DNA of 64,000 nt, taken from positions 94,736,001-94,800,000 of the forward strand of contig OX597824.1 in NCBI GenBank assembly GCA_951406725.2. Reading direction: 5' to 3'. The DNA is from Octopus vulgaris. Lineage: Eukaryota. The translations under genes and the position numbers were made by a program. Below are positions 61,461 to 64,000 of the stretch, in pieces. Within the stretch, counting starts at the first letter, position 1, and each line of letters begins with the position of its first letter. Below the pieces are notes generated by a model, which was given only the letters and a program-made list of their open reading frames with translations, made no database searches and was not told the origin of the DNA.

Positions 61461-63786
61461 CATTATAAAATGAGCTTATTGTCAAAGTTGTAGATGCTTT
61501 GTGGGAAGTGATATGCAAATGCAGAGAGATGGTAAAAATTAATCCTGGTACTATTTTCAATCAATGAGTAACGTTTATTCATATCAGAGGGACAGAGCTG
61601 TTAAAAGTCTAATAGATTTTGTTAGTGAAATAGGTAGAGAAATTTTGTAAATAAACAGATTGCTGAGAATAGTAGTATAAAGAAGGCTTGCTGTCTTATA
61701 GTTGGTTCTTGAAGATTGTTTTTTTTTTTAGAGGCAAAGTTTGTAAATCTTTGTAAACGTTTGTTGGTTGAAATCGAATTTCTGAATGATTGCTCAAACT
61801 AGATAGAATGCTTGATGGATATTGTCACACACCTTAAGCGGAGAAAAGCTCTTAGAAGAGCTGAATCAAAACTGGACTGCTGCTGTTTCAGTTTGCTGGG
61901 TGTAATTGCATCAAGCCATGGAATGTTCTATAGAACAACATGGTTGTTTAAAGGTAGCTGTAGAGAGAGCTTTATTAAAAAGAAAAAAGTTTTGTTCTGA
62001 ACAGAACATTGGAGAGTGATATAAAGGCATGAGAAAACCATTTTTTTTCTGATTACAGAAGGAAGATTTTGCTTTTTTATAAGGATTATTTTGCTGAAGA
62101 TAGGAAATAGGTGTGTCTTGCAGTTGTTGTTAACGAGTTCAAATTTCTAACAGCATGCATGTCTTGCTACGTTTATGAGGGACTTTCAGTGATTTCAAGG
62201 CAGCTTTGAAAAGAAAGGGAATAGCTGTGTTAACTTGGTTCAAATCTGTAGCAGTAAGCATGTCTTGCAAGTTAGTTCAAAGCCATTCTTGTGCAAATGT
62301 CTGGTCTGGCCATCGTAGATTATTCCATTTCAGTTTGGTTAGAGTTAGCGAAGATGGAGAATATGGTACTGTTGTGGTGAGAACCACGACACCCCCCTGC
62401 AAGAATAGACTTGACCGAATGACTATAAATAGTAGCGGTCTGAGTGAAAGACAGGGAGAGACGGCGATAATTGCATATATGTTGTAAGGTGTTGTTTTAG
62501 TAGTTTGTTGGTTTGTGTATCAGTGAATTTATTGAAAGCTGAATGAGAGTAGTGAATATGGCCTAAGTGAATGGACTTGCACTTAACATGCACCCAAATG
62601 CTGGGAGATGACACCTGAGTGGTCAACATGGTCCAGAATCTCTGAGTTTCTTGTGTGACTTTAGGTAGCTGTTGCCCTTAAGGGTGGTTATTGTTCTTAT
62701 CTCATTTTCTTTTTATAAATTTTTATGTGACCCACTCATGTTGTATGGTGTCCTTTGTACTGTCTCATTGTCTCTGAACCCTTGTAACTAATAAAAAAAA
62801 AAATGCTGTTTTTGTCTCTATTGCCTAGTTTTTTTTGTTAAGTAGGACAAAATTTTATTTTAAATGTGAGCAATACAATTATATTATTTATACACAACCA
62901 CAAGACACACTAGTTGCTGCAACTTTTCAATCCATTCCTTTGTTAGTCTTGACTTTATGCAAACATTGCTACCATTTTTAAGGCTCCAACCATATTTCTT
63001 CATTGAGAATTTGTGTGAAATTCCTTTGTAGCTTTGTTTACTTATTAAAATCTTACAGTCGTTATATAGAAATTGTAATCATTATTATATGTGGTAAGTC
63101 TTCTTTGTCCTTGATAAACCTCAAACAGACTTGTTTAAATCTTCCTCAACAAAGCTACTTAAATATATGTTTAAAATGAGGACCGCATATTCAAATTCTT
63201 AAAACACTAGAACGGTATGTTTGCATTAAAAATAGGATTGTCACTACTAGAGTGTCGGTAAAACAAATTTTCTTTAGTTGTAACAGTGATTACTTTCTGG
63301 ACCTTTTTTATGCAAAATATTTCAAGTCGAAAATTTTTTTTTTACATATCTCAGAGACACACTACCCATAATTTTGCTGCTAGAATTTCAGTATACAAAA
63401 GAAGCCTAAGTGCTTCTCTTCCATTTCTAGTTGATATCTGTGCATCTAAATTAAAAGTATTTCCTAGCTTGATAAAGGCATGTATTTTTCCAAGCATTTC
63501 TGCTATTCATTCCTTAGTTTGAAATGAATGTGCACAGCTATTATAATCCTATTAAAGGTTATTTGTAACCATCTTCCTTTCATAGATGCATATCACTTCT
63601 AAGGTACCCCAGCATATATTTATTGTTGAAATCATACCAAGGCAGACACTGGAGCTTGGCACAGTCTTCTTGGCTCGTCATTTCCTATAGAACCATCCAA
63701 GCCATGCCAGCCTGGAAGATGAACATTAAACAATGATGATGTTTATAATTTCTTTTTTAATAATATTTAATTGGTAATGGTTTATA

Positions 63787-63940
63787 CCAGGCTGTGGAGT
63801 CGAAACAAGAAACTTCGACTCTGACTCCTCTTCTGTTGGCACCTCCGACTCCTCTATGTAATTAAGTGATTGTGGTCTATTTTACTGACCCCCGTCTCCT
63901 GCTACCCCTTAATTGTTTCCAACTCTGACTCCACATAGTT
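63787..63940. mobile_element. hAT-like MITE relic with GACTCC subterminal repeats
   Basis: CAGGCTGTGGAGTC ... GACTCCACA termini. Confidence 0.55.
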
Positions 63941-64000
63941 TATACATATCTTGCCTTAAAAGACATGGAGTCAGCTTGTTCTCAATGTTGGTAATAATCT

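Overview
AT-rich, microsatellite- and SINE-dense animal DNA. The repeat families suggest an octopus/coleoid cephalopod, but that is an inference. One complete protein-coding gene can be reconstructed by hand: AP4M1 (AP-4 adaptor mu subunit), minus strand, 13 coding exons from 26241 to 2838, 1341 nt / 446 aa, with all intron phases consistent. Its first intron has U12 (minor spliceosome) signals. The rest is mostly tRNA-derived SINEs, MITEs and decayed mariner, DD37D, Helitron, CR1, RTE, R4/Dong and Penelope relics, plus a SINE-free, probably regulatory zone at about 40.7-48.9 kb with unresolved first-exon candidates. Three observations stand out: (1) a three-copy composite element joining a tRNA-like Pol III head to a Penelope-type tail with a hammerhead-ribozyme-like motif, with a variable inverted 5' arm and target-site duplications (candidate Penelope-mobilised SINE); (2) a 7SL RNA 5' portion fused to the local SINE 3' tail with a covarying hairpin (candidate Alu-like element); (3) a perfect 140-bp spacerless palindrome. 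Nearly all ORFs in the supplied track are spurious. No database searches were run, so family names come from motif recognition.
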